A DNA stretch of 64,000 nt. It comes from Lingula anatina. Its lineage: Eukaryota > Animalia > Brachiopoda. The DNA lies in contig CM120641.1 of assembly GCA_051362555.1 (NCBI GenBank), positions 43,344,401 through 43,408,400 on the forward strand. Reading direction: 5' to 3'. The position numbers and the translations under genes were made by a program. Position 1 is the first letter of the stretch. Each line of letters starts with the position of its first letter. The notes under the pieces were generated by a model. It was not told the DNA's origin. It worked only from the letters and a program-made list of their open reading frames with translations, and searched no databases. Shown here piece by piece: positions 23,835-38,700 of the stretch.

Positions 23835-26037
23835 ATACCTCCACTTGTTTGTGTCTGTATCTTGAACATGCATGAATAACAGCACTAATATACATAATTT
23901 AAAAAAAGGACTTGAAAAGCCTACAATGTATAAATGTTAAAACAGACACTAAATCATAACAATATCCATTCAGAGAAAACTAAGCAGCAGTGAAAATTAT
24001 TGCACATGAAACACAAACACACCACCGACTACTATGGTTTCACATTCAAATGATACTAATATGACACATTTGTGTATGTTATGTAAGTACTTCATAATCC
24101 ACTGAGCATTAATACACTACTGACAGGTTTTTAAACACTAAGTACAAGTTATAAGTATTTTTAAGTTGATATTTTGTCCGACATCCTTAAACACCATAAG
24201 GAAGAACTTGTTCACATATATTGGTCATCTATTTCACTTTAAGCTTGTTTCCAAATTAACATTAATATTCATAGTAATGACAAAAACAACTAACATTTAA
24301 TTTGTTTAATTTATCAGGGTCACTGCAGTACTATTGTCTAAACAGGCCTGTAAAGAAACCTGCTGTAACATATAATTACTGGCATAAGCACTAATAGCCA
24401 TCGGTGGAAATAAAACATTCAAATTATACCTCACAATCTATAATATCTAACTTCCAACCACTGTACAGATAGCAATGCTGTAACAAATAATTTAAATAAA
24501 ATTAGCAGTATAATTTACTATAAGCAGCCTTGTTCCCCGAAGAAAATACACCATAAACAATTCAGCCATATTAGGGCTTTGGGTTTCAGGCTGAATTTTA
24601 GACAAAACATCCTGTCCTACTTTATAAAACAGCCCAAAATTCTGGGACACATTGAATTCATAAGACTGAAGTTGTCGTAAAGCACAATGTGATTGTCTTT
24701 AATGGACCTCACTATGCACTCACGTCCTAAGTTACAGTAATTAGTCCACCCACTCCATGATGAGTAAGCCTAACCCTCACTCACTGTTCAATAACTATAT
24801 ATCTAAAAATAAATAAGATTTTTTAATGGTAAAATCATTGTAGCTACTTGTTTGCTACTTGTAGGATGGGAGAGAGAAGGTCACATTTGGTTACTCATTC
24901 ACCCTGCTGAATTCTCCTCCCACTACATGTTCAGAAATTGATCTCACAGGTGGAGCGATATTACTCTTTCCACTTAAAGTTTCTCAAATTGCCATATAAT
25001 CCCACTGTAAGCTTTACATTCATGCACTTAGCATGTATGATGGAGGGGAGGTGGGCAAATTAAAAAAAACACCAATGCATGTAAAACCTCCACACAGAAA
25101 TATTACACCTTAAAATTACAAATTTTATGCCAATTGTTCTTGCCACAATGCTGACTGTAATTGGTCAATAATTATCCAATGGCTACATGGAATGGGTTGG
25201 TGCTCCACTTGGTGAGGATGGCAGCAGCAAGCTGTCTTCCTTATTTTAAATGCGTCTATACATGACTAGCATAACTACATTACTTAAAGAGGTTCACTGT
25301 AAAATATCCATTATCCCATTCCTCTTGAAAGTGTCCATATCACCATAAAAGTTTTTTTCTCAAAAAATCCCTGTCAAATCTTCTGGAGAAATTCCTAAAA
25401 CTGACTCAGACCTCATGAGAAGATATTCCTAATTTAATCCTTGTCAGCCAATAGACAACAGCATCTTCCAGCCATGGGATTTTGTGCAGTTTTTGTGAGC
25501 AGTGTTCCTCCGCAGTTTGACTGTCAACGCAGTTTGACTGTCAAGTTTGAATTGAGCTTGTCTTGGAAATATGCTCATCTTCACAGTCACATGTTTGGCT
25601 ACAGACAGGCACATGCTATTCAGGACTTGTAGGGTGGGAATATGTTGCTTGTGGCACATCCACAGGTACATTGTGGATGCCACTTCAGTTCCTCAGAATA
25701 AAAGCAATGCCATTCCATCTATTATGAACTTGGCAATAACAAATCACAATCTGAATGCCAATAGAGAGCTTATGATACATAAGCAGTGGGAGACAAAGTT
25801 GCCAAGGACAGCGATATTCCACTGGTTGCACTACCACACTCACACAGACAGAAGTAGTCTTGTTCCAACAATGCACCAAGTATTACTTATAAAACAAGAT
25901 ATCTTCAAATAAATATCCACACATTCATTCATTCATACTTATATAAATATCTACAACGGTTTCCCACTGCTTAGTTGACTATTCCATGGACGTGAAACAG
26001 GTACACGTCAAATGTTAAATTTACAGTTTGGTTGGCA

Positions 26038-29010
26038 CTATACTTTGTCTTCTGCTTCTCCTTTTTCACAGTCTCTTTCTAAATCGTTTTTCAACAACTT
26101 TTCTTCTTGGTGCCCATTAGCTGTTGGTAATGCCTAGCAAATGAAAAAAAATACACATAAAATTTACTAATTCATAAATTAATTCAAAAGCAAAAACATC
26201 AAGACAACATGGAAGGTTCTTAAAGAGAAAATTTCCAATTGTTTACAACTTAAAAACTGTTCACCACAAAAATGCACTTTACCAATGAAATTAGAGTAAT
26301 TTGACACGACTTGGAGAGGCTTATCACATATAGCAAATATTTGTTTGGGGATAGAAAAGTACAAATTATAAAGGGCAACTTATTACATTACTTATCTACT
26401 TTGTGCAGCTTAGTATTGTGGATTGAGGTGATAAATCATGCCACAGCTTTGTAAAGAAAAACAAGGGAGAGGTATTTGTTTTGTGATTTTCAAAGGCAAT
26501 ACTACACCGTATCTAAATTTTTTAGTTCAAGCCACTACCATATGCTATGCATTCTATGACCTTAGAAAGTGTGATTTGTGTATTATAACTCTTGAACCAA
26601 ATATATATATTATGTTGCAACGACAAAAGCTTTGAATGGCTTTGAGCTTCCATATCTTTTTAGTTTGCAAAAGTAAAAAGCAAAGCAATTTCAGTCCCAG
26701 TTCTGGTAACTAAAATGCTGAAAAAAGCTTACAATCAGATGATGCTCTTTCAGTGTTCTTGCTTTCTACGTAATATTGTAGCAATCACTGCAATTACAGA
26801 GGCACACTTTTAGAGTGGTCTAGGTGTTAGTATTGATTGAACTGTTCTTTGGTGACTAAACACAAACCCTTAGTCATCTTACTAGTCTAAGAACTGTGCA
26901 GAAAAGGGCTTCTTTGAACTGGAAACTAAGGCTCTTGTCAACCAAGAAAAGGTTGATTAACTGGAAATTTCAGTGTCTGAGGTGCAATGGAGCCTCTTTA
27001 TGCAAGGGGCTGTTGCACATATGATACATTCAAGAAAATCAACTCGCTCTATTAAGGGCAAGAGGTCATTTGATTTCAAGTTTAAAGAAGCCCTTGCCTT
27101 AACTGACCTCATGCTTATCTGGATCAGCATAAACTGGTCTCTGTAAGAAGCAAAGCAATCAATTTTCCCCACTGTGCTTTTCAATATTTGGATAGATCAA
27201 AGTGCTTGCTTTAACTGAACTAAATGCCACTGTGAGAACATGTTAAAATCACTGCAACCCATGCAAAATGACAATGAGAGGTGTATTAATTAGTGCTCTT
27301 GAAGTGAATATTCAACTTTTTTACGTGAAAGTATAAATATCAGGGTAAAATTTCTTTGCTTTTTTCATCATTAAGTTTCTTTTCAAGGAAAACGGTTCAC
27401 ATTTCACGAAAAAAAATTACTTTTTCCACACTCATCCACCTCTCTGTGTCACTGGTAATTGTTGAGGCATCTGCACAAGACCTGATAATATACTTCATAA
27501 TAGGACCACAAGACAAATTCACAATGTATTAAAATACAAGGTGATATACTGCCTTTGTCACGTATGGAGTAGAGTAAAATACAATTATTGCCATGACTAA
27601 GGCTGAAAGCCATATTAATTATTCAGTTCATGTCTGTCTATGTACTGCATTTGTTTGGTTGGAGAAAAATCTCTGGTTAAAGAATTTTAGATTCTCTTTT
27701 TTTTTTACTGTCAGTATAAGAAAATAACTGACAGGTATGAAAAGCATATTTTATTAACATTTTGCAACCATGGCCCGATAATTTTGTTTTCAAAAATCAG
27801 AATGGTTCAGCATCTTAATTTATGTTTTCAGTGAACTATATGGAGGATTTTCTTTGCAGATACCTCAATAAAATTGTTAATGGTGAAGCAAAGTGGTTAA
27901 TTACCGCTCGTTTAGTATCACTAGCAATAACAGAAGCCCTCCGACTGAAAGGTCGTCCTACCTCGTCCTCTGTGTCTGCATTAAGGTTTATTGTTCTTTG
28001 CCGACTGTTCCTTTTTCTTATGCTGGAAATAAAATAAATGGTTAATGCATGTTGTTATGGAAAAAGTTCATTGAGATGTCAAGTTCAGATTGTATATAAT
28101 GTTAATTTTCTTCAACAAAATTTTAGTCTTCTGGTCGAGACTGCAGATGATGACTCCAAAACTTGTGCAGGTACACGTCAAATGTTAATTCCTTATAACT
28201 AACCATTACATAAATGTCGGTAATGAACATTTTGTACAAACTGTAGTGTCTGGATGGCCCCCAATTCTACAAACATCAACACAGTGATTTTAGAAAATTC
28301 CTGTCCTTTTCTACCCTTCTAAAATCAACAATGTTTAAAATGACCTATTAAGATTTTGTCCCTGTTCAGTCCAAACTTGTAATCAAAAGCATCCATTTAC
28401 CAACAGAATTTAAATTCTTCAAATTTGCCAAATATAGCCTTGGTGTCAGTACATTTATAAAAATTGCTTATATTTTTTTTTCAAGAAGGTTTAATGATGT
28501 ATGATGATGAATTTGTAATGCATCATGCTTATGCAGCATGGAATATAATGGACCAGAAGAAGGTGGGATCCAAATCAAAAGATTTCACAAAATGTGTTCA
28601 GCCATCCAGATTAAGCTACTGGTACTCAACATATTTTTAACAGACCCCAAAAAAGGGTGGAACCCAAATTCCCTGTTTTTAGGAAAACAAACTTGAATAA
28701 AAGCTGTGGCTTTCTTGACCTTGTGCCTACCCATCCATTTTCAACATCTTAAACTTCTTTCTTTTTTACATAATAACAAGAAACTCATATTTCTTTGATA
28801 TGACCCCACTATTTGCAATGTACATAATTTGTAGCAGTAGACATCTCCAGTACTTTTCTGAAACAGCTTTTATGTGTCAGAATAAAATGCAAAATGCAGT
28901 CACATCAGAGCTAATAAGTACTTTAAAATAAGCTAAATTGCATCATGAAATGTGACTATCTGAACAGATCCCTTAGAATACAACCCCATCTTAAATGTTT
29001 AAACATTGAA

Positions 29011-29084
<74 letters not shown>

Positions 29085-29714
29085 ACAGTATAACCAAGTG
29101 ATACCACAGATGTAACTGCTTCACTTTGGTCAGCAGCTGATACATGTACTACGGAACACACCTAAGCCAGTAAAAATAATCTCAGTTCTTTACATATCCC
29201 ACATCCCGTGACCCATGTCATTTCCTCATCTTTCCATACATCTGATTCAATCTTTGTTTTACCAAAACCTTACATGTGTGGTAAACCATTTGGAGTTCAA
29301 GCAGTTCGAAGACAGGTAGAAATAAAGTGAGACATGGAGTAAACCCATTTTTGATAACAATCTAACATGAGACAGTTACAGGACTGGGAATGCACTAGGC
29401 TATAATTAAAACCTTAAATATCTTTAACTCGGGTCTCACTTTTGTCTTTATAAAAAGAGTTATCATGATTGCAATTTTTCAGAAAAAATGTTCTTTTTTG
29501 ACAGAGAAAAAAAAGCATACTTACACAATATATGCAACAACAGCTACTATAATTATGACAACTACAAATACTGCGACTCCTATCCCTGCAGCTACATTGG
29601 CCATCATAGGGTCTTGGACTGAAAATGTAAAATAAATTTAAATTATCTTGGACTTGACTTTTGAATCAAAAAAGCATGTTTATGTAATTAAAACAAATTT
29701 ATCAAAGTTATTCT

Positions 29715-29761
<47 letters not shown>

Positions 29762-32700
29762 TGAAATTATAATTAAATAAGCATTTTCATTACATCACTG
29801 CTTTATATATATATATATAGTATTCATGGTATGTTCAAACATATTTGTCCTTTTTTCTTACGGGGATTAGATCAAATTATGAACCTTTTAATTCTTTATC
29901 TTCAATTTACTAACATATGAATTGTTCTTTATACAAAAAATATTTATGAACTTTCCATAGATATATAACTACCGTGTTTCATACCTGGTCTCATTAAATA
30001 TTCACATCTTGTCCCACTATAACCACGTTTACAGCTGTAATCAGATAAAAAACTTAATTAGATGCCAATTAATTCCTTACTGTTAATGATATAATTGATA
30101 GTATTAAACAAGTAAGAATATGGAAGTGATTGAAATTAACTTATGGTGATGAACAAAGACTATGGGGCATATTGCCTGGATCATTCTATTATTAAAAAAT
30201 AAAGCAAAACAAAGAACATTAAATATCAATGATTGTGAGTGCTCAGCTACAAGAAAAATACACTAATTGGTGAAAATTAGACACAAATATATTGTAAATC
30301 ATTCAATTACAAATTTATTCAGAAATAAATAAAACATAGATTTAAAACCCCACAAGCAAAATACATTCAGCATACATGACAAGGTTGCCAACTCTATTTC
30401 CAACATTTCCTCCATTTGTTATGTTTAAAGAACTTCACAATGTCTAAAGTATTCAAATACCAAGCTAATGAACCTCTGGTTCATTATTCTTGATCCATGA
30501 CTTTTTCAGAATCAAAAGTCAATCTCATTTTAAAAATCTGTTCACTATAAAAATATTATTATAATATATAATAATTATAAAAATGTGCAAAATTTCTTAT
30601 GCATTACTTTTCATATGACAAAGCCTTGTGATGTGTATTCATTTTTAGAACTCTAATGTTGGCAACCCTGATATATAAACTGATGATGGAGGCATGCACC
30701 CCTCTACCAAAATAGCATAGAACTGCTATATGTGGTAAGTAAACACGGCAGGTGACAGCAGGTGGGTGTGTCTACCATGCTGTTACACCTGGAGACGGAA
30801 GATGAATGGAAGTGTGTTAGAAGACAGCAATTTCTGTCACAAATGTGTCACGATTTATCAGCAGGATAGCGTGTAACAACAAAAGCATGACATTCAATGG
30901 GTAGCTAAGATGAGACAAAAAAAGGTCAGGTCAGTCATTATACATGATTACAGAATGAAGTGATGGAGTAATTGGGTAAGGAATGCTAATATTCTCTCTC
31001 ATAAATGTCACAAAAATATGCAGTAACGGAACAACAGCAGTAGCAAGAAGAACACGGGGTCACAGCCTGGCCAAATGACCCCGTGATTAGGCAATGGACT
31101 ACGATGTCCAGATGGACAGACCATGAGTTGAAAACTGATCATGAGTCAAATACTACCACAGCTGAGATGTGGAGACATCCAGTTGGTATTATCACAATAA
31201 ATCCAAAGTGAGGAACAACTCTGCTTTCATTTAATATAATGAAAACTTTACAATGACAATAAATGTCACCCAGACAAAACCATTGCAAAGGACAATAAAT
31301 GTCACTTTAATGTATTTCGAAATTCTCCAAGCAAGCATGTGAACGTTTCATAACCAGCAATTCTTCAGTGACACTTAAGACTCAGGTGAGAGAAGCTTTA
31401 TCCTGATGGCTATAGAACATATTGATACATGAATGAATAGGAAATAGTTAGATGTCAGGCTCCCTCTGGGATATATGGATGATAATTGAGCCATTCATCA
31501 TAGTGGAGTGGAATGAGAATGAATGCGTGTGTGACCCATCTGATAATGTCATATTTCTAATAAATAATTTCATGAAATGCTCTCTTCATCATATCACAGA
31601 AAATGATAAATGAACAAGGAAACCAAAATCGTTGTTAATAGTGGATGGAAACGCTAAAATGGCAATTACTCAGTGAAGCAATGACTTATACATGTTAGAT
31701 TAAGTTAATGATAAACAGGGGATGTTAAAATAAGGGTTACAACAAATTCGACTTCTTCATATCAAGAAGAGGTTAAATATTCACAGCGGTTGAACCAACC
31801 CCCATGACTTGTAATGCTCAAACATTTTGCTAAAAATCACAAGTATTGTGCTGTCAGAAATCTCTCCATTCAACAGCAGCGGTGCGAAATACTCACTGGC
31901 AACTGGTTATGTTGTTATTTGAGATAATAATTTGTCGGCATATTCCATGGTTTAGGCAAAACCCAGTAGCAAGTTGCACAGGACATGGCTTTATAAATTC
32001 AGGCTGAACATATTCTATTTCCCCACCTAAAAAAATGAAATATATATCCACTACACACTATGGTGATAAGCCACAAGATTGGTTATAGTCACATGATAAA
32101 CCTGTCCAAAATACTTGATATATACAATAATCTCCAATCTGTTCAATCATAAATATTTGAAAATGACATCAAAGCCCTAAGTAATTCATTGCTGCCGATT
32201 ATTATTGTTAATTAACTGTCTGAATATCTTTCACTTTTGTTACCCACTACACATAACAAGCATACAACACCTTTGCTTACCAATAACTAGAAATTCTCCC
32301 ATGATGTTGCAGCTGTCCTATGAAGAAGCCTTCTCAAAATCTCATACACTTTTGGTGAACTATAACCTAAGTGACTTTCTCTTATACAGCCCACTGACAC
32401 ACTTCATGATTATACCGTTTTCTTATCTAATGCCTTCTTCCTCATCCACTTAAAATAACTCCACAAAGTCTTAAGTAAAGATCAAATCAGATTCATCTTC
32501 TCTCTGACATTTAGAATCCTAAAAAGAAATAGGAGTGTCCAGAGATAGCCTACACAATATCCCTCTTCCCATTACGTAACTCTCAAAATGTGACTAGGTG
32601 CACATTTCAACATTACACAGAATTTTTTCTCATAAAAATATGAATGAGCTTTTTTTTTCTTTTGTTCTTCTGTCCTGATGTTATGGCGATAATATTTTCG

Positions 32701-35700
32701 TGACTCAATAATGTTTCCTTCTATCAGACATGGGTGGTCAGCTGATTTATTAATGTTTATTACTTATGATAATTTGTCTGATAAATTTGAAAAATTGTCA
32801 GAAAAGGCAGACTTGCTTTACTCCTACACATCATTAAACAAGTTAAATGCTCCATAAACTGAGCCAATATATTCTAACCTATTTCCTGTATGCTGCCTAT
32901 TAGAGCCAATCGGCTCAATCAGTATTTCCTGAATACACCTCTTTTTCTTTTAAGTAAAACGTCAATTAAACTGCAGCTAAACTAGATATGATCGCATCTG
33001 CTTAACAAATTAAATCAAATTATCGTCAGTAAACATTACCTGCCCTGTTGTTCATCGTGGTATAACCATTGAGAATGAAGACAGAGTCTATCTATAGACA
33101 TACTGCTGTGTGGACCAAACCTCATCTCTGGCATACCACTGTCTGTGGCTTCTCTATCTAGACTATGTCAGACACATTAGGTTTTACACACAATATCTTC
33201 ATAACCATGCATAACCCTGACAATTTGCTTTAATGTGGTGGACCTCAGATGTATAAATAATGTCAAGAATGTAATCCTCAATCTTGGCCATCTATTTTAA
33301 TGGTTAGGCTGACCAAGAATGTCCCAGCTTATTGCACAACAGCTGTGACTTTCAGCACAGGACCTACCTTAGTGGCAACGGCTGGTGAAAGTTTCTCTGC
33401 CTAATATATAATATCATATCTACCTTATAAGTGGTAATTTGAAGCTGGTGCGATGAGATTTTATGCATTATTATAGTATCCATTCATAATTTGAATCAAG
33501 AGCTTTAAATTGGCACATTCTTTACAAAGTTACTGACATTGTAATTAGTTAGCCGTGGGGTAACTTAGTGCACAGGTGACCCTTGTAGATACGCGTAGTT
33601 TGGCCTTCAGTTCCCATGCTGCCTATATGGATTAACTTACCAATTTCATTTATATCTAAAAAAGGGCAGCATTTCACATTTCTCTATTGAAAAAAGATCT
33701 TAACTATTTTCAAAATGTGATTTTTACATTAAATGTTAGATCAACTTTAAGATATTAAAAAACTTTCCTTCAAAATGTTTTCTTACAGCAATATTATGCC
33801 ACATTTCTTACATTTTCTCAATAATTATTTTTTATACAGTTTGAGAACTTCAAAGGGAACCCACTTGTGGTGGTGTCTTACAAGTTATTTCCAATGAAAT
33901 AGAAATACACAGTTCAGTCAAAGTCCTCACTAACAAATGATTTCATTCAAGCAGGACTCTTTAAAAGGCATTGCCCTGCCATTACCCTTTTATTTAAGTT
34001 ACGCTAACCTAACACTTCTGCTCACAATACACAATTTTAACAAGGGCATCAACATTGAGTTTTGAGCAAAAACAAATACATGTGCCCTTAACAACCATTT
34101 CAATATTATGATTCTTCTCTTAACCAATTGTTTCAGATTCTAAACCTCATACTTAGCTGTAGTTCCCATTTAAAGAGTGACACTATAATGCTACCACTGA
34201 AGTAAACAAAATATCTTAGTAAAAGCTTTTTATCCTAGTTATCAACACACCGTGGACATAAAAAACTGTTATTTATGATTGTAGACAAGTACACAAATTT
34301 TTGCATGTGAATTGCATACTAATGCACTTTACAAAATCATGTCAATAAACATATCTTACACGAAATGAAGATTCTCATTATAGTAACTATGGTAAATTAA
34401 AAATTAAAAAAAAGTGGCTTAACATTTACTTTGGCTTTTTGAAACTTTCAAATATCAAAACCATCAGAGCTTAGTTGATCTATTAAAATACTAAGACCAC
34501 ATATGCTATATATCTCATTCTCTACACAAAGTTAATTATAGTTTAAGTGTTTTCATACCTTCCAATACTACTGTTATAAGTTCCCCCTGTGCCAAGTGAA
34601 ACCTGCATATACTGAGGAATACGAAAGTGGCAAGAGGCCCCATGACCTGTTGATGCACCATGCTGCTTTGAGATCCAACCTCCAGATTATCAGACTGTCA
34701 AATTACAAATACTATAATCCTATAGGTAACCACAGCAACACCTATATCCGGTATGCCACAGGAACTTAGTGGTGCGTCTTTTAATTCTATTATTCCCTTG
34801 TCTGAGTGATTGACTGAATGAATTCACTGAGCTTACACAGGGGTTTATATGATGGATGCCGGTAGTGGCAATTTGCTGGGAAATAGCTCCGCAATGAATT
34901 AACCTTCGCTTGTGTTGGCATGTGTAGAGGTGAAAACACCCTTCAGTCACGCTCTAAAACATTCAAATGTTACCCCACTTTCTCACTTCAAGAGCCAATG
35001 AGGTACGCTTTAAAAATACTTCTCCCATTTAAAGTCCATATGTGTTTATTGTCCAATTTATGACAATTCAATGTAAGGACAAAGAAAAAAATGTGTCCAT
35101 AGTCACATCACATATTTCCTCCAAAAGGTTGATTGTGTTGTTTTATTGACCACTTTAAGTAATTCTATAGGCAAACTATGCTGCGTACATGTAAAATTTG
35201 TATCTATTACTCTACTTTTAGAAATTCTATACGTCTCCTTTTCTGTGGTCACTTAAATAATCATGCTGCATTAATTTACTTAACCCTTCAAACAATTTAA
35301 CCGACCGAGGTGTGGTTAAATAAAACACAGATCTTTCCCTGATCTACATATCATACAGCTGTGAAACCATTTCCCTGTGACAAAAGCCTCCCCCGCCTTA
35401 CATGATTGATAGCTGTCTGTCACAGCAACGTTTGCTCTTTCACAATGCGGTAAACCTAGCCACCTTAAGGTAAGTGATGGTGAAAATATCCTTCCGTCAT
35501 AAAACAGTGCAATGAGTGGCTTTGGTTCCTCTAACACATTCTTTGTATCTCACCCATCCCAATAGAACAAGAGCATTCCTGGCCAAAATAGCAAAAGATA
35601 TACACAACCAATGCTGTATTTGAAACCTAGCCTATAATTTGTCGCATTCTTATGCAAGCATTCCCAGCTGCCTTGCTCAACCTCACTGTGACATTTACAG

Positions 35701-38700
35701 TCAATGGTGGTTATGTGAGAAAATTTCAAAGGAATGAATTAAGCGAAAAACATGTGTGTGGGCTCTTTCTCTCTCTCTCACACTCACTATTACATTTCTT
35801 TTTATTTAACTGATAAAGAGCGGATGACCTGATGAAGAGAAATGAGATGCGTTGAGAAAACAGCGGAATGTTGAGAGAAGTGAGGCCCTAATACTGGTGT
35901 TGTGTTTCTCAGACTATATTTTCAGACATGATATTTAATTCAGAAATCACATTTTAGATGGCAGAAGAGAGACTACATCAAACAAATGTGAAGAATATTA
36001 ATACAGGATAGTTCTTTAAAAAGTTCTTAAAGGAAGCAAATCAAAGATATATTATTGACAAAAATATTTCTGAAGGTAGTAAACAAGAAGAGTCATCAGA
36101 GAAAGCAACATCAGAGAACAAAAACTGAAAAGACTTTGCTAATCTAGACACACAAATTTGAAATTGCAATTTGAAAATGGCATTTAATGTTACATAAATA
36201 TGGTTCACCAGTGACCCTCCACACATTTGAATCCCCCTAGTCATATTTATATCCTGCAAAGCTTCTGTTATTTTCCATTGTAGACCTTTAAGATGATAAA
36301 ATCCTAAAAATAAAAGCTTTTCTGAAGCATGACTATTTTTGTTATTATCATCTCTGCTTTCTGAGATAGCCATGATGGTTTGCAAAGTCTGCATCATACA
36401 TGACACAGGGCTGTGATAGAAAACTCCACACCATTTCCTTATCTTATGAAGTGAAAACAAGGTCATTCCTAGTGAAGATCAAGGAATGACAACTGGTCAG
36501 TCATTTAGAACTAATTTTAAAATTAAAAATTGACAAATACATTGAATCCATGGAAGGGAGAGGGAGAGCAATGATCTGCAGTAGGGATAAATTGCCCTTT
36601 TCACAAGGAAAATTCTATTTGGCGGGTTTATCCTGTGGAGAGACACTTAAAGAAAAAAGGTGGTATATATCACAGATGAAAGTAACGAAATACTTTGTTC
36701 TATCAAGCTGCAAGCAAAAAAAAAAATTCTGTTGCTGAAAGCCAGACAAAAGTGCTTAGTTTTTTTATTGAGTGTGACCAACCTTAATTTTGAGAAAATA
36801 TGTTTCTTTTTTTTTCAAAAGGAAAAAAATGCCTGTGGCAATTGTTTGGTACGTGGGAAAATTTGACAAGTGACCCCAGTAAAATCTGAATGCTGTAACA
36901 GTTGTTCCTTGCTCAAAAATTGCAAAAAAAATAATAATAATAATAAACAAATAAATAAAAAACAATAAAAATAGTAATAAATAAATAAATAATCTATGCC
37001 TAAGATATGACAAAAGACATGTCCCATCAGAGGATGTGACAGACATAAATAAAATCAACAACATAAAATCTATATTTCATCACCAGTTGCGAAGAACTTG
37101 GATGTTTGCAATTACCCATCATCTACTTACTGACATGTCACTTCTCTGTTGCTTGCAGATATCTGTAGTGCAACACATTGGCCAGCATTTAAACACTTGG
37201 CCTTGAAGACTTCATCATGTGTGCAGGGGAGCTTGTGATCTGCAGGGGTGGAAGCGGCAGGGGGATGCTGGGTAGGGGCCACCACCTGTGAGGGTGCGTC
37301 TGTCGTGTATACTGCTGCTTTTCTGCCGCATGCATCTGAGGGAATTAAAGAAAAACATAGTGTAAATTTTGCATAAAATTCTTTATTTCAAAAAGCTGTC
37401 TATGATTCTTGTGCATTATTTCAGGAGTGTTTTTACTGTACATATATATAACAAACATCACATAAATTATGTATCAGTGACCTGTCACATACTTATGTAA
37501 AACAAGTTAAATCAAGTTTGCATTTTAAATGAACATTAGTAACAGTCACTAAAAAGAAAAAAAATGCAATGTTATTTTAAGAAACACACCATATTTGATG
37601 CCACATTTTCAGATCATTTACATCCTACTGCAATCCAAGAAGTCATTTTTTTCATTATGTGATTCTTAGTATCCTTTACTTCCAAGAGAATAGTAACTAC
37701 AAAAAAAACATCCCTAGAGGTTTTGGGCTAATAAACCTCTTTTGAAAAAATTCTGAATACTGAGTGTCTACAGAAATACTTTCTTAACCGCAGCATCTTT
37801 CTTTAATGTTACTGTGAAGTGATAATTTGATGACAATCTTTGAAACCTTCTCATCCATAAACAAAATTACCATTTAAAAGCAGGTTTAACTTCAAAATTC
37901 AGTGAATAACAATCATAATCATACCTTGCATCAAAATTCTTACAAAATAGATCTACTGATCACGAACTTGTGTAGATGAATGTCAAAAATATACTTCAAT
38001 GAAAATTCCCCACTGCATAAAGTGGTTTTCAATCATTAATTTAATTATTCAATAAAGAGATTAAATAACAACAATACAGCATAATAATACAGATCTTATT
38101 TTCAAAGATTTGCATTGATTCGTGCTTTCCTATCTTAAATCCTCGAAGAGAAAAAGGTGGACACCTCTAAGCTATATGACTGCATATAAAGGTCAATGTA
38201 TCAACATTGTAACAAGCAGATTATTAACCTTTGGCAGATAATTTTCATTTTAAGTGATGTTACCCTTAAGTAATATCTTTTTATAAAAGCACCTGAAAAC
38301 TAAAACAATCTATTATAGTATAAGATGTGAGAATTTTAGCAAATAACTTAATATTTGAATTATACATCTTAAAGTTCAAACTTCTTTATGCTTTTAATTA
38401 TTTTGGTTTATGAGAATTATCAATAATAATAATAAGTGAATTGAAGCATGAAGCTTCATGTGTATGTACAAGTATCAGAACTGCAGAGCTGTATTCATGT
38501 GTAGGTACAAAACAGGGCCTAACCTATTCATTTCATTCAATACAGATAAGTATCTAGACAATAATATAAGTAACACATGCATTCTTCCCCTCAGAGAACC
38601 TGTGACCACAGTTCACCTAAGCTGGTCAGTTCAACGCCCCACCTAGTACATCTCACACACGGCAGATGGTCGCACTGCTTTTACAGTAACACTCACTTCA

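Noticed and set aside
26490-26840. Possible Kolobok-like MITE
   Set aside because: Only about 12 bp of weak inverted similarity and no intact TTAA flanks.
34720-35537. Cys-containing minus-strand ORFs in the EGF intron as further C-loop exons
   Set aside because: No phase-2 acceptor precedes a Cys and there is no convincing EGF loop pattern.
36041-36466. 141-aa minus-strand ORF
   Set aside because: Intronic and AT-rich, with no domain or splice support.
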